Below are positions 1-12,479 of a DNA stretch of 64,000 nt, one piece after another (position 1 is the first letter of the stretch; the number at the start of each line of letters is the position of its first letter). The notes under the pieces are model-generated. The model made no database searches and was not told the DNA's origin. It worked only from the letters and a program-made list of their open reading frames with translations. This DNA is from Octopus sinensis (Eukaryota), in assembly GCF_006345805.1 (NCBI RefSeq), contig NC_043003.1, positions 34,038,001-34,102,000 of the forward strand, written 5' to 3'. The translations under genes and the position numbers were made by a program.

Positions 1-11
1 TGTTATTTTCG

Positions 12-137
12 TTGGTGGAAAATAAACGAAATCATCACCATCATCATCATCATTATCCTCATTATTATCCTCATTATTATTATTATTATTATTCTCATCT
101 TCATCATCATCATCATCATCATCGTCATCAACGTCAT

Positions 138-169
<32 letters not shown>

Positions 170-226
170 ACGTCATCATCATCATCATTATCATCACCAT
201 CGTCATCAACGTCGTCATCAACGTCG

Positions 227-277
<51 letters not shown>

Positions 278-298
278 ACGTCATCATCATCATCAACG

Positions 299-340
<42 letters not shown>

Positions 341-350
341 ACATCATCAT
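12..350. repeat. (CAT)n/(TAT)n trinucleotide microsatellite
   Basis: Directly visible imperfect CAT array; explains the poly-His and poly-Met ORFs at 3-428. Confidence 0.97.
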
Positions 351-535
351 TATTGTGTGGTGAGCTGTCACAATCGTTATTACGCCGGGCAAGATGCCTA
401 GCAGCATTTCGTGCCCATTTGAGTTCAAATTCCGCCGAGGTCGACTTTACTTTCATTCTTTTGTGTTCGATAAAATTAAGTACCAGTGGAACACTGGGGT
501 CTATATAATCGACTCACGCCAACCTCTCTTAAGCT
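351..535 (+). mobile_element. tRNA-derived SINE (family A)
   Basis: Head ggtgagctg..., B-box-like gagttcaaattcc, body gccgaggtcgacttt...aagtaccag...ctggggtc; the same body recurs at 8103, 9128, 9325, 17624 and 62628. Confidence 0.85.
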
Positions 536-786
536 TCCTTTGTGGCAAAAAATATTGTTATTATTATCATTATTAGTACCAGATGAAGGCAAGGGGCTGA
601 TGTAATCAATTAGCCCCCACCCCCTCAAATTTCTATAGTAGAAATTCCTATTGTAGAAAAGATTATACAAGAACAAAAGCAAATACAAGAACAAAAACAA
701 AAATACTAATATACAATTACATACCAGCCATTTGCAATCCTTTTTTGTATTTGTTTTTTTTTTTTCGTATAGTTAGTATAAAAAAA

Positions 787-868
787 TATCCTGATGAGGG
801 AAGTGTCAGTTTTGATATTATGAAATATATCATATTACTTGGCACGTCTCTGAAACGGCCCGTAGATG
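787..868 (+). ncRNA. Type I hammerhead-ribozyme-like motif, probably a Penelope terminal-repeat remnant
   Basis: tatc-CTGATGA-[stem II agggaagtgtcag/ttggcacgtctct]-GAAAC-ggccc-GTA-gatg; stem I tatc/gatg, stem III ACG/CGT, GUA triplet. Confidence 0.45.
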
Positions 869-1061
869 GAACTCTAAATTTTAAAATATTTGTGTTATTT
901 TATATATATTTTTATATCTTTATATCTGGAGTTTATTCATCCATTTTGTAGATGTGGAAGAATATATGAATATATGTATCTATATGGTCTTCGAGTGTGG
1001 ACCTTAATTATGTTCCTGTAGTTTTCGCTTCAATTAAGAAGTGGAATATATATTTAAATAA

Positions 1062-1069
1062 GTATATAT

Positions 1070-1140
<71 letters not shown>

Positions 1141-1379
1141 TGTGTGTGTGTGTGTGTGTCTGTATATATGTATATAGATAAGTATATTTATAACATATAT
1201 ATAATAATAATATTTGGGAGTATAGCTCCAAACTTATAGGGAAAATTTCGATTTAGTATTAAATCAAATTTCACAGTATAAATATATAAAATATGAATAA
1301 GAGATAAAACCACTATTAGACAAAGTATGTGGAAAAAGCAAATAGTGGTTTTATCTCTAATTCATATTTTATAAGTATA

Positions 1380-1427
<48 letters not shown>

Positions 1428-1447
1428 TAAGTATATATATATATATG

Positions 1448-1514
<67 letters not shown>

Positions 1515-1726
1515 CACGTACACACAAAACAAAAGAATGCTAATAAAGCTACACCGGTTGTCTGCTTTATGAGTTCTATATATAACAGCTAAGTATTAAT
1601 TGGAGGAGGAAAGAGTAAACCGGCTATCTGGTGGCCCCTCTCCATTTTCTGTACATCAAGAAGCATAGTAAAAAAATCTTTGCATTCTACTGCTTTCACA
1701 GCTAAACTTTTTAATTTATATATATA

Positions 1727-1804
<78 letters not shown>

Positions 1805-1818
1805 ACTATGTGTCTGTA

Positions 1819-1851
<33 letters not shown>

Positions 1852-1870
1852 ACATATATATACACACGCA
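1062..1870. repeat. Cluster of (TA)n, (TG)n and (CA)n microsatellites
   Basis: Directly visible arrays near 1062-1170, 1375-1520 and 1720-1865. Confidence 0.95.
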
Positions 1871-2139
1871 CAGAATTAGTACATGTACTAATTCCTAAGC
1901 ACTATCCCAAAGACAGGGTATTGAGAGCAGATCTTCGATTTTGAAAATAGTATTTAATGCATACTTTTTTCATTAACTTGACGTGTATATACTTCATAAA
2001 CAGGACACTTAAACTGTATTTTTTTACAAGAGCTTGGTGTTTTCCTGCTTTAGAGAAATTGCATAGTTAATATAGTCGTACATCCTTGTGGAGTGGCTAG
2101 GTTGCTTCATCTCTTTATGCAGGATGGATTGCATAAACT

Positions 2140-2432
2140 AAATAGGAGCACTCCGTCGGTTACGACGACAAGGGAACAGCTTGCTCGTGGAATTAACGTG
2201 CAAGTGGCTAATCACTCCATGGACACTTGTATCCTTAACGTAGTTCTCAGGGAGATTCTGTGACAAAGCTGGCCCTTTGAAATACAGGTACTACTCATTT
2301 TGCCAGCTAAGTGGACTGGAGCAATGTGAAATAAAGTTTCTTGCTCAAGGAGACAAGGCGTCGCCGGGAATTGAACTAACGACCTTACGATCGTGATTTA
2401 AACAACCTAACTACTAAGCCACGCGTCTTCAC
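2140..2432 (-). mobile_element. tRNA-derived SINE (family B)
   Basis: Reverse complement begins gtgaagacgcgTGGCTTAGTAGTTAGG (A box) ... agttcaattccc (B box), then ccttgagcaagaaactttatttcacattgctccagtccac. Confidence 0.8.
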
Positions 2433-3599
2433 TGCATAAACTATATATTGTGCCCATATAGTGAACATTTTTCACAACATACCGTATTTACCGTAATAAA
2501 CAGTAAAAACATGTACTGCAAAATATTCAAACATCGTGACTATTTTTCCAAATCCGGCTGAATTTCAAATGGAACCTTTTGTTCTTTAAAGGCGTCTTGG
2601 TGAATAGTTTTACGTTTTTTGGTCGTAAATTTTGGTCTGAAATATTCGACTTGAATGCCGGAGATACGGCAATTATTCCATCGAAATGAATGACAAAGTA
2701 TGTGAAAAAGGCAAATTTCTTCTCGTCCAATATATTCATGAAACACGATTATGGTAAAAGCCCCTTCAATTTTTTTTTTAAACCTTCTACTGTTTACTCT
2801 CCTTGTAAATCTTTATCATAACATTCCAATTAAAATAGTGTTCTTATTTTACTTTTGACTCGACCCTTAAATGTTTTTCAGGAATGGTAAGCGTAATTCT
2901 ATAATCTAGAGAGTTTCTTAACATATTTTGAAAATGGCGCATTTTTTTAAGGAAAAGAGGAGAATCATAAATCACTTAACGTTAGTGGCTCCTCTAATGA
3001 AAATGTACAAATATTTCGGCTGTTTGCGTTAGTCGTTACGAAAGAAATTTATGGCCTCAAAATATTTAGGAGTGATTTTATTCATAAATGTATTTCGTCT
3101 TGGTATGTATATTTCGCATGCAACAGTATAATGGCAATATTTCTCTTTTTATTCATACATTTTAAATATTTTCTTAGTGTCACTATTTTCCTCATAGTGA
3201 TAGTAATCACGAGCATAATAACGGAAACTCTTTAGATTTTGTTAAATGATTCATCGTTATGACGATTTTTTGTAACTTCAGACAAAATCGATAACATTGT
3301 TATAGTTGTGATGTAAAACAAACAGCATCTGTTATTATATAGCATACAAATTCTCAAATTTTGAATAAAACTTTACTTTCATTTCATTTCCGCCGAATAA
3401 TTTTCTGTTCTTTTGTCTCGACTTCTTTTATGTTTCTTCAATTTTCCTTAATGAAAATATTAACCGTTTCAGTTTGGGGAATATTTTGTAATTAAAATAG
3501 TTTAAACTATACAATATTAATATTTTCTTTATTTCATTAATATAAATAACGCTCTCAGCTATTTTATTCTTTATCAAATTCGGTATGCTTAAATATTGA

Positions 3600-5891
3600 A
3601 CACATTTGGATTCATGCGTGAAGTATGGTTTGGATTTTATTGTTGAAGACGGCGTGGCAAAGCTTAGGTGATAGTTGAATCCAGAGCGTCTTGGAAATGA
3701 CTTACTGAAATTTTTAGTACTAAAACAGCCTTGGAAGATACATATACAACACATGCATCGAATGATAAGTTCATTTTGGAGGGAAAAGGAACGTGTTTGA
3801 GAGCTGGAGGAATATTAACCAAACACGGGTTCGCACCTAACAGGAAACCGAGAAGCAGATACGAAAAAAATGCTTTGACGTTGCCGCGACGTTGATTAAA
3901 CTGTGTCCTGCACATGATTGAACATTTATGTGAGAAATGACTAAAATGGAAAGACGCACAATTAATCGTATTACTGAAATGTCTCACGATATTTTTCAAC
4001 AAGATATTGATTGGATGAATTCTAGCTTGCTAACATTTCCCTTGAATTTGATTAAACCTGTTACATTACTATTACGTCTTGTGACAGGTTGTTCTTGAGA
4101 GCTACATGTAACATGTAATCCAGTACAACCTCTCGCATGGTCGGGTCGTCGGCGACTAAACTGGCAACCCCAACAGGCTTTCTTGGTGAGGAGGGCGTTG
4201 AACAAGATAAATCCTACAGGCACCACACTGATTGATGAACTCTCTCATCTCCCTCCTCTCCCTGAGTTGGATAGGGAACCCTACCTCATGGAAATCCGTA
4301 CAACTCTCTCCTACTTAAAAAACAGGAAATCACCTCTATCAGATCGTGTGTCGGAGGAGATCTATAAATATGGTGCTCCTGCCCTTGTCCAGCGTTTTCA
4401 TCAGATTATCCTCTACTATCGGAAGAGTGTATTGATCCCTGAACGCTGGAAACACGCAGACATAATCACTATCTTCAATAAGAAGGGAGATCGCCCAGAC
4501 TGCAACAGCAGCAGATGTATTTCACTCCTGGATTTTGCAGGAAAGGTCTTGGCACGCATCCTGCTATCTCGACGTCTTGGCCACTTCGTTGAAGGAATCC
4601 TCCCAGAGTCTCAATGCGGTCTTAGAGCTAACCGTAGTACTATCGACATGGTCTTCGTCTCTCGCTCCTGTTAGAAAAGTGCCGAGAACAGCGTGATGCC
4701 TCGTTTGCTTTTATTGACCTAGCTATGTCAAACCGAACCCTCTACGCAGAAGATATTGACAACAGAGCACTTCCTCGAACACTAACTCACAGTTTCTTCA
4801 AATCTTTTTATGAGTTGGATGTTAGGCATTTGAATATTTTGCTTCATACTAAATTGATATGACTAAAATTTAGAATTATTCTCATAATTGAACACTTGAA
4901 CTCTAACCTGAGGTAGAGGTGTTTCTCTTTGTGAGGGATTCAAATTTACCGAACAAGTTTGATGATGCTAAGTTTAAGGACTGTCTAGAAAAACTCATTT
5001 CTGGAAAGAGTGAGAAGATGCAAGTACTGAAGATAATACTGGATTTATGATTACAAAGGGTACAGAAAAATTTAATTTTCCAAACTTGAACGAAGGCATT
5101 ATGGAAGAAACGGATGCACTACTTGAAGTAAATGAAAGGAATATGAGCATCGTGAAGGATCACGTTACTGGCTACTTTCCAGAAAACCTGTCACAGAAAA
5201 ATGGATGTCAAACGAATGCTTTTCTTTTTAACTACGGAACTGTCAGATAAGAAAGTTGACGACCTATCAAAAAAAGGGGTTGATTGATGTTTACTTCTCT
5301 AGTAGACTTAAAGTAGAATTGTATTTACTTTGAGTCGATGTCTAGAATGATGTTCACAATATCGTTTTATTTGTTGCTCTATATCTTTGTGAATCAGCTT
5401 CCTCTACTTCAATATTAATGGATACAAAGACAAGGTATCTCCTGAAAACCGATAACGACATAAGGGAGGCTCTTTGAACAGATAAACTCCTCGTTTCAAT
5501 GAATCAGCTGAGTTCCAACTGATAGTGTTTCTGGTACATTTTGTTTGATGTTATGAAGACAAAAAGAAAATTATTTAAAATTATCTTCTTTTGCTTTCAT
5601 GTATATATTGTTATTTAACTTCTGTTCTTTTCATTGTCATATATTTCTTTGATAAGTAAATTTACTTTTTTCTTAATTATTTTTGGTATATATTTTCCCT
5701 TCATCAAAGTTTATTCTGTATAAAACCTTAATAATAAAATTCTTCTACGTTGTTGTTATTTTGTGCTTCTATGAGAGCTATCGATTATTTATTATTTATT
5801 AGTATTCATATTTATTTATTTTCACAAGGGTGAAGAGGGTGTAAAAGGCGAAAGACATCAATCCGAGTGGGCAAATCACAAAGAACCATTG
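3600..5891 (+). mobile_element. Decayed hAT (Charlie/ZBED5-SCAND3-like) DNA transposon, interrupted by an RTE fragment
   Basis: Stop- and frameshift-broken peptides in the expected order: VKYGLDFIVEDGVAK (~3615), ERRTINRITEMSHDIFQQ (~3950), ISLEFD*T (~4035), HLNILLHTKL (~4830), LYLCESASSTS...KTRYLLKTDNDIREAL (~5380-5475). TIR-like aagaaccattg at 5881-5891 is followed by gtctaagc, resembling the Charlie NTCTAGAN target. Left end not resolved. Confidence 0.7.
4183..4725 (+). mobile_element. RTE-clade (BovB-like) LINE reverse transcriptase N-terminal fragment
   Basis: ORF 4183-4674 contains WKHADIITIFNKKGDRPDCNSSRCISLLDFAGKVLARIL and ILPESQCGLRANRSTIDMVF; after a frameshift it continues EKCREQ...FAFIDLA. 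Confidence 0.9.
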
Positions 5892-6700
5892 GTCTAAGCG
5901 AAAACTTCATTGATTTTATATTGTTCTCCTATAATATTCGTTGTGTGAATTTTTGTAGTTAGTATTTGAGAAATATATTGTAAGGGTGTTTACTTAATGT
6001 TGGAAATTTGGAATATGATCTGGGTCTGTTACTGTGACATTGATACACTGTTGTATCTCATTTTTATTGCTTGCTTTTGGTTTTCTTTTAGACAAATATT
6101 TCCTAGTTTTCTGTTTTGCTATCGTTTATTTCCTTGTTTGGTTATCTGATGTTACTTTCTTTAACTTTAGTTGTGTTATTCAGGTTGTATCTTATACTAT
6201 GCCTTATAGGATATAACTGTTGGATAGTTATTTTGCTGAATGCATGTACCTCTCTTGATAGTATTGTATTGTTGAATTCTACAAACCCCAATTCTCATTC
6301 AAGGCTGAATTTTTTTTTAAGTTTCCAATAGTGTTTCGCTTCATTTAGCTATGCGTATATATGCCATGGCGATGTCCGGTTACTGGTCACAAGGGATTTC
6401 TGTGATTTTCTCATGTAATTGTAGCTGTTACGTATGTTTATCAGCAGTTGATATCTCGGGAAAAGTCGTTGTAGTTAGCTTAATAGTTTAATGAGGTGTA
6501 TAGTGTACCGTTCTGAGTTGTTAAGATATAAATGAAATTCTCTTGAAAATCTATCGTGTCGCTCTAGACTATCCTCATTTTCCAGTCAAAATGGCTTTTT
6601 TTTTCATACTGTAATATCCTACAATGGCGTTAGAGGTGCCATAGCTGAGGTTCAGTATTTACATCGGGTGCAAATATTATTAATGGGTTGTAACCAAATA

Positions 6701-7826
6701 TTGGGTTGACAACTAAGTTCCCGCGGTTTTTTTAAATTTTGGAATTTATTGCGTTTTTAAATTTGGGAATCTATTTGTTTCGAGAATTCAATTTTTGAAT
6801 CATTTTGGTATCTATTTTGTTTTTTTTCTTTGTTTTTTTTTTCTAGTTAATTTGAGCTAATTTTTATTTATTTTCAGATCATTTAAATGGAATGTCAAGT
6901 TAAGAAAAACGAGCATTTTCGACACCTCCTCCTATTTACATTTAATCAAGGTTCTAAGGCCGCAAAAGCTGCTCGCGACACTTGTGCTGTGTATGGAGCG
7001 GGTGTTATAGCTGAAAGAACCGCTCGTGATTCGTACGCCAAGTTCAAAAATGGAAATTTTGACCTGAAAGACGCACCTCCTTCTGGCCGTCCTGTTGAAT
7101 TCGATGAAGAGCGATTAAACCAATTTTTGCACGAAAATTTTGCACGAACTGGTAGAGGAAATGAAATGCTCCCACACGGCTATAGGGAAGCATCTTCACT
7201 CGATGGGAAAGGTTCAGAAGTATGAAGCATAGTTTCCGCATACTTTAAGTAACAACAACAAAAATCAACGAGCCACAATCTCCGTTGGTTTGCTTGCTCG
7301 TCACCGTTCAACTCATGGACACAAGCAACGATTTCTTTACCGAATCGTTACTGGCGATGAAAAATGGTGCCTCTACATCAATATGAAGCAGCATAAGGAA
7401 TGGCTTAGCCCCAGTAAACAAGCGACAAAGGGCGTGAAAGAAGATCTTCATCTGGCTAAAACGATATTGTGCGTATGGTGGGACTGGGAATGGATTATCC
7501 ATTGCGAATTGCTTGAACGGAGCCAAACGGTCAACGCGGAGCTCTATGTTCAACAGATGGAACGACTCAACACGGCTATTCAAGAGAAAAGACCTAATCG
7601 GCAGCATGGAGTTCTTCTGCTGCACGACAATGCCTGCCCCCATGTCGCCAATATCACCAAGGAATCCATTCAAACGCATGGTTGGGAAATGCTGCTACAC
7701 CCGCCGTACTCTCCTGATTAGGCACCAAAGAATTTCCACCACTTTCAATCTCTTTCAAATGCTATGCGTGGAGTTTCGTTCAATACTGATGCAGACATTC
7801 AGAGCTTGGTTGGATCAATTTTTCGA
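6701..7826 (+). mobile_element. Mariner element, frameshifted transposase pseudogene, 3' truncated (mellifera-subfamily-like TIR)
   Basis: TA then TIR ttgggttgacaactaagttcccgcgg at 6701; N-terminus MECQVKKNEHFRHLLLF...SGRPVEFDEERL (6887); catalytic motifs VTGDEKW, VWWDW, LHDNA, HPPYSPD (7290-7721), followed by a stop. Confidence 0.95.
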
Positions 7827-8102
7827 GTCATAATTCCATATATGTTATGGGGCTTTCTCGTTGATATTGACTAACGAATCCTATTAAAATTTAATTAGTG
7901 ATTAGAGGTATTCACTATTATAGCAGTAATAAATGTTTCTTGAGCTGTCGCAATGGTAATGTGATATATGATAGCATATTTAGTTCCATAAAAGCGTTTT
8001 TGGCCATTTTTCCTATGTTGAGGTAATTATGAATTTTGCTACGTTATGTTTCATTTATCACTGAAATCTTGCTATTTTTAATGCCTTCTTTGTAAGAACG
8101 GG

Positions 8103-8362
8103 GAATCAAGAAGTAAAATATTTATTGCCCACAGGGGGCTAAACATAGAGGGGACAAACAAGGACAGACAAAGTGATTAAGTCGATTACATCGACCCCAG
8201 TGCATAACTGGTACTTATTTTCTTCACCCCGAAAGGATGAAAAGCAAAGTCGACCTCGGCGGAACGTAACGGTAGACGGTAGACGGAACGTAACGGTAGA
8301 CGAAATACCGCTATGTATTTCGCCTGTCGTGCTAACGATTCTACCAGCTCGCCGCCCACAAA
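8103..8362 (-). mobile_element. tRNA-derived SINE (family A), near full length, with a small internal duplication
   Basis: Reverse complement of the family A body; head ggcgagctggtagaatcgttagcacg at the 8362 end; acgtaacggtagacg is duplicated. Confidence 0.9.
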
Positions 8363-9054
8363 AATTGAAATATCAAGAGTACTTCCTTCGTATCGTTGTG
8401 GATATTATTGTTGCCGATGTCTTGCATTTAAATAGATGTTTGGGAAATGTTGTTTGAGTGTATTTATCTCTATTCTGGGAAACATTCTGATAGTTATAAG
8501 CTACAGGAATCGTTTCAGAATGTCATCCACATGCAAAATACATGTTTTTATGAGCCAATATTGCATTGTTCGACCAGTGTTGAAGGTATAACTTTCTCAT
8601 CTTCTCTTCTGACATATTGTATTCGGGACTACTTTATCTTGCGTGTTCGTCCATTTTGAAGATGGTACCAGAAAATTTAATGTGCATTTGACAACAAATT
8701 GTTGCAGGTCAACCAGGCACGTATTCAATACTTCACTGACTTGTTCTAAGAACGGTCAAAGTAGCAGTAGGAACAGTTGAGAGAAAGCGGAGATATTGAA
8801 TTAGTATAACCGAAATTTATATTTATTGATTTTGAAGTGAAAGAACGGAATGGCAAAGTAAGTGGAGATTATATACGCATTGATTCTTCGTTTCAGAAGT
8901 TGGAATGAATTCAAAGTGTAACATGGACAACAATGACAAACTATTGATAACTAGTGATCGGTTTACACCCTTAGGACGAACAGGATGTGTGATTAGTTTC
9001 TTAATAGGAAGTGATGTATAACATACAGTCAAAAGAGCCCAAAATTCGAAAACG

Positions 9055-9591
9055 AAAAGGAGAAATTGTTTAGTAAACGATTTTCATTGAGTTTTGAACT
9101 GGTGTGGTTGTCGTTGGAAAAAGTAAGGAGAATCAAGAAGTAAAATATTTATTGCCCACAGGAGGCTAAACATAGAGGGGACAAACAAGGACAAAGTAAT
9201 TAAATCGATTACATCGACCCCAGTGCGTAACTGGTACTTATTTAATCGACCCCGAATTGATGAAAGGCAAAGTCGACCTCGGCGGAATTTGAACTCAGAA
9301 CGTAACGGCAGACGAAATACATATCTCTTTACTACCCACAAGGGGCTAAACACAGAGAGGACCAACAAGGACAGACAAACGGTTTAAGTCGATTATATCG
9401 ACCCCAGTGCGTAACTGGTACTTAATTTATCGACCCCGAAAGGATGAAAGGCAAAGTCGACCTCGGCGGAATTTGAACTCATAACGTATCGGCAGACGAA
9501 ATACCGCTAAGCAATTCGCCCAAAAAGGAGAAATTGCTTAGTAAACGATTTTTATTGAGTTTTGAACTGGTGTGGTTGTCGTTGGAAAAAG
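9055..9591. repeat. ~69 bp direct repeats (9055-9123 and 9523-9591) flanking a SINE dimer
   Basis: aaaaggagaaattg(t/c)ttagtaaacgattt...ggtgtggttgtcgttggaaaaag occurs on both sides. Confidence 0.9.
9128..9521 (-). mobile_element. Head-to-tail dimer of two 5'-shortened family A SINEs
   Basis: Two consecutive copies (9128-9320 and 9325-9521) of gacaaacaaggaca...cgaccccagtgcgtaactggtac...gtcgacctcggcggaatttgaactc. Confidence 0.9.
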
Positions 9592-11202
9592 AAAGGCCCC
9601 ATGGTATATTCGTTATCTCCGTATATTGTTCAGATAGATATCATCAAAAAGATAAGAAATTTTGCCCATTCGGAACAATATGTTAGATTAGCGAGAAGTA
9701 TTAAACCATATAGACAGCAATGATAGAAGTAATTAGTCCAGCTTACTGTGTTCCCGTTCTGCCTCATAGTGAGCTTATTATAGGAACACTTTTCCACTTG
9801 AACCTTCTGAGAAATTATGCCATTTACATGTTTTTTCGGGTAATATTCTTCTATCACATACTGTCATAATACAACTATACAGAACTCAGTAGGTTAAGGA
9901 TAAATATAACTTTTATTTGTGTTTCTATTCAAAGTTTTTATGAGACATGTGCACAATGTTTGGTATATCTATTGGGTATTTTTATTGTTGTTGCTTAACT
10001 TTGAATGAGATATGATCAAACAGACCTGTGCCAGGTGAGTACACGGCCGAAGAATGACGTGCATCCATCAAACCAATTGTTTCATTTCTCTCATATCTTG
10101 ATATTTTTAGTGTTATTCGTGCGTATTTGCCTGTTAGTGATTGCAGTTAGGTTATTTTGCAATTTCTAAGGCAATTTTTGAGGCAAATGTTACATGCATG
10201 TCTATCTTTTAAGCCACATATTCGGGTTATTTCTATTTCTAGACTCTTACACTCGAATAAATTCAGCCTTTATTTCGTAGTCATTTAGATTTGATATGCC
10301 GATTAAAAGACATTGGTGTTCCGGATGGTCTTAGATAATAATACACGGACAATTTGCCTTAATCTCCTTTTTTGCGTGAATTTCATATAACAGAATATAA
10401 TTAATTTGTCATCTGAAATCATTTTGACTTGTGTGTTTGTAGATTTTCTTTTATTAGGTTATTTTATATTAATGTCATAGTTTCTTATAAAGAGTCCAAC
10501 CTGGCCATCGCTGTTTAGCTCATTAAAAAAAAAAGGTTATTCAAAGAAGAAAGGGAAATAAACAAATGATTTTTGAATGCCCTTCTAGATAGAGTCAGAA
10601 ATGCCCAGCGCAGAAAACTGCGGATCAATGCCAGTGACATTAACATAAAGTATCAGGGTATCAGAATCTAGTCTCAACGTATTTTCGAGTTGTCTCTAAA
10701 CATTATTACATTAATATCATAATGATTTTCTTTTCTTTTTCTGAGGTGGGGAAGCTTTTATCTTGAATTGCGATCAAAGTATTTCGATATCCTTCTGCGC
10801 TTCTCAGGAGTGTCGTATTTTGCAATATCAATTCTGCTTGTCAGCTACTGAACATGAAGTAAATTTCTTGGCCACAATTTCCTCTTTGTTGTCCCGTTTT
10901 ACTGTTTCATTAACACTTTCTTTACCTGTTTCTACAACCACTACAGATTGATCTCTTAAATCAAAATATCTTTTCTATTTATTGATTTGTTTTGAAGATG
11001 CAACGCATATTTTATTTGTGTTTTATAAACATTCGCATTAAATTCTCAGTTTTGTTTACCAAATATTTTTGTAGTTCTGCAATAGATGTTTTATAATTAT
11101 TCCTTCACTGTGAAAGTTCTATCCCTTCTGTATTTATAGTTCATGTGGATTTTTCTTTATTTTTCTATCTCTTGATTTTCTTCGTGGATTCTAGTCTAAC
11201 TA

Positions 11203-12410
11203 TACGAGGGTCGGCTAAAATTTTCACAGCTGACAAAGTACTCGCATGGAATGTGACCAAATGAGGTTTACTTTTCAACATAGACCCCACTTACGGTACA
11301 CACACTTCTTCCATCAGTGTTAAAGTGTTTGTAACCCATTTGTAAAGAAGATTTCAACCTGTTCATTAGTAAAGTTATCAACTATAGATATAACGCCATC
11401 CTCACTGCGATATGTTCGAGAACACATTATAGTCAGATGGGGCCAAATCAGGAGAACATGGACGCTGATCAACCAGTTTAAAACCCCAGTCACACTATTG
11501 AAACCAACAACTGGTGTGTGGAACATTGTCATCATGAAACAAGACCGCTTTCGTTAGACATTCTGGAAATTTGGTCTTGATATACTTCTGTTACTGCCCC
11601 AGCATGTTGACATAGTGTTCTCCATTGATGGTGTGGCTTTTTTGAAGATAGTCAACAAATGTAATGCCTTTTGCATCCCCCACCAAAAAAAAAACTACAA
11701 CAAAAAAAAGAACTGAGGTCATCGCCTTCCCTACAGATGAAACGACTTCGGCCTTCTTTGGAACAGGTGAGGAGAGGTGTTTTACTGCATGTATTGTCTC
11801 TTTGTCTATGGTTCAATGGTTCATTTTAGACTGAGTGAGGGAACGTACAAGAAAACCAGCTGTATCTGCCTCAAGCAATGTCAGGTTTTCCCGTGATGCG
11901 ATCAACTTTATGTGCTTTTGATCAAGCGCCAGAAGATATGGCGCCCACTGAGCAGAAACCTTCGTCATGTCAAGTTCATTGTATTGAATGTTCTCAACTC
12001 TCTTTATAGCCAATCGCCTGTCGTCCATCACACGATCAAAGTTTTCCTTGGTGATTGCAGTTGTAGAACATTCAAATCTTGAGTCATCTTCAGAACTTCC
12101 ATTAGCTCTCCTAAATTCAGCCGCTCACTTTTGCACTGTTTATAAAGTTGGAGTGTTATTTCTTAATGCAGCAACCATGTCAGCATAAATCATCTCAGCG
12201 AATACACCTTTTTTTCTGCAGGTACTCGATAACACCACGAAACCAAATTTTGTCTATTTTCAAGAGACATGGCAACTAGTGACACTTGAAGTTTTTTTGA
12301 ATAGTCAAATGTGAGTTTACCTGGAAAGAAGCAGTCCAGTAATTAATAAGAAAATTTAAATACATGCATCATTTTATTTCTCTAGCATCATTCTTTCATA
12401 GTCAGCCTAT
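11203..12410 (-). mobile_element. Mariner element (irritans-like), near full-length decayed transposase
   Basis: TA+cgagggtcggctaaaa TIR at 11203 and partial TIR gtcagcctat at 12401. Minus-strand peptides (M>I)DKIWFRGVIEYLQKKG, DMTKVSAQWAP, DAKGITFVDYLQK, VLFHDDNVPH, with many stops. Confidence 0.9.
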
Positions 12411-12479
12411 TTTATTTGCGTCTGTCTTGTATTCACTAATCGTTTGATATTTTTGCTATAATTGAGGCTACTATCCCAA

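Noticed and set aside
3-428. Poly-Met, poly-His, YI/CV/HT and YLSI repeat ORFs here and throughout (for example 33020-33934, 304 aa)
   Set aside because: They are translations of microsatellites that lack stop codons in some frames; there is no coding signal.
2882-2886. 5 nt micro-exon tttttcag|GAATG|gtaagc
   Set aside because: Good signals but too short to assess, not frame-preserving, and with no supporting partner exon.
2904-2922. Possible left end of the hAT element (atctagag + agtttcttaac)
   Set aside because: The match to the right TIR and TSD is too weak to set the boundary.
8838-8857. 20 nt exon-like segment (KERNGK) with a gtaagt donor
   Set aside because: Mediocre acceptor and no phase-compatible neighbour identified; may be real, but cannot be supported.
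10024-10034. Perfect donor ccag|gtgagt
   Set aside because: No polypyrimidine acceptor upstream; an isolated donor match is expected by chance.
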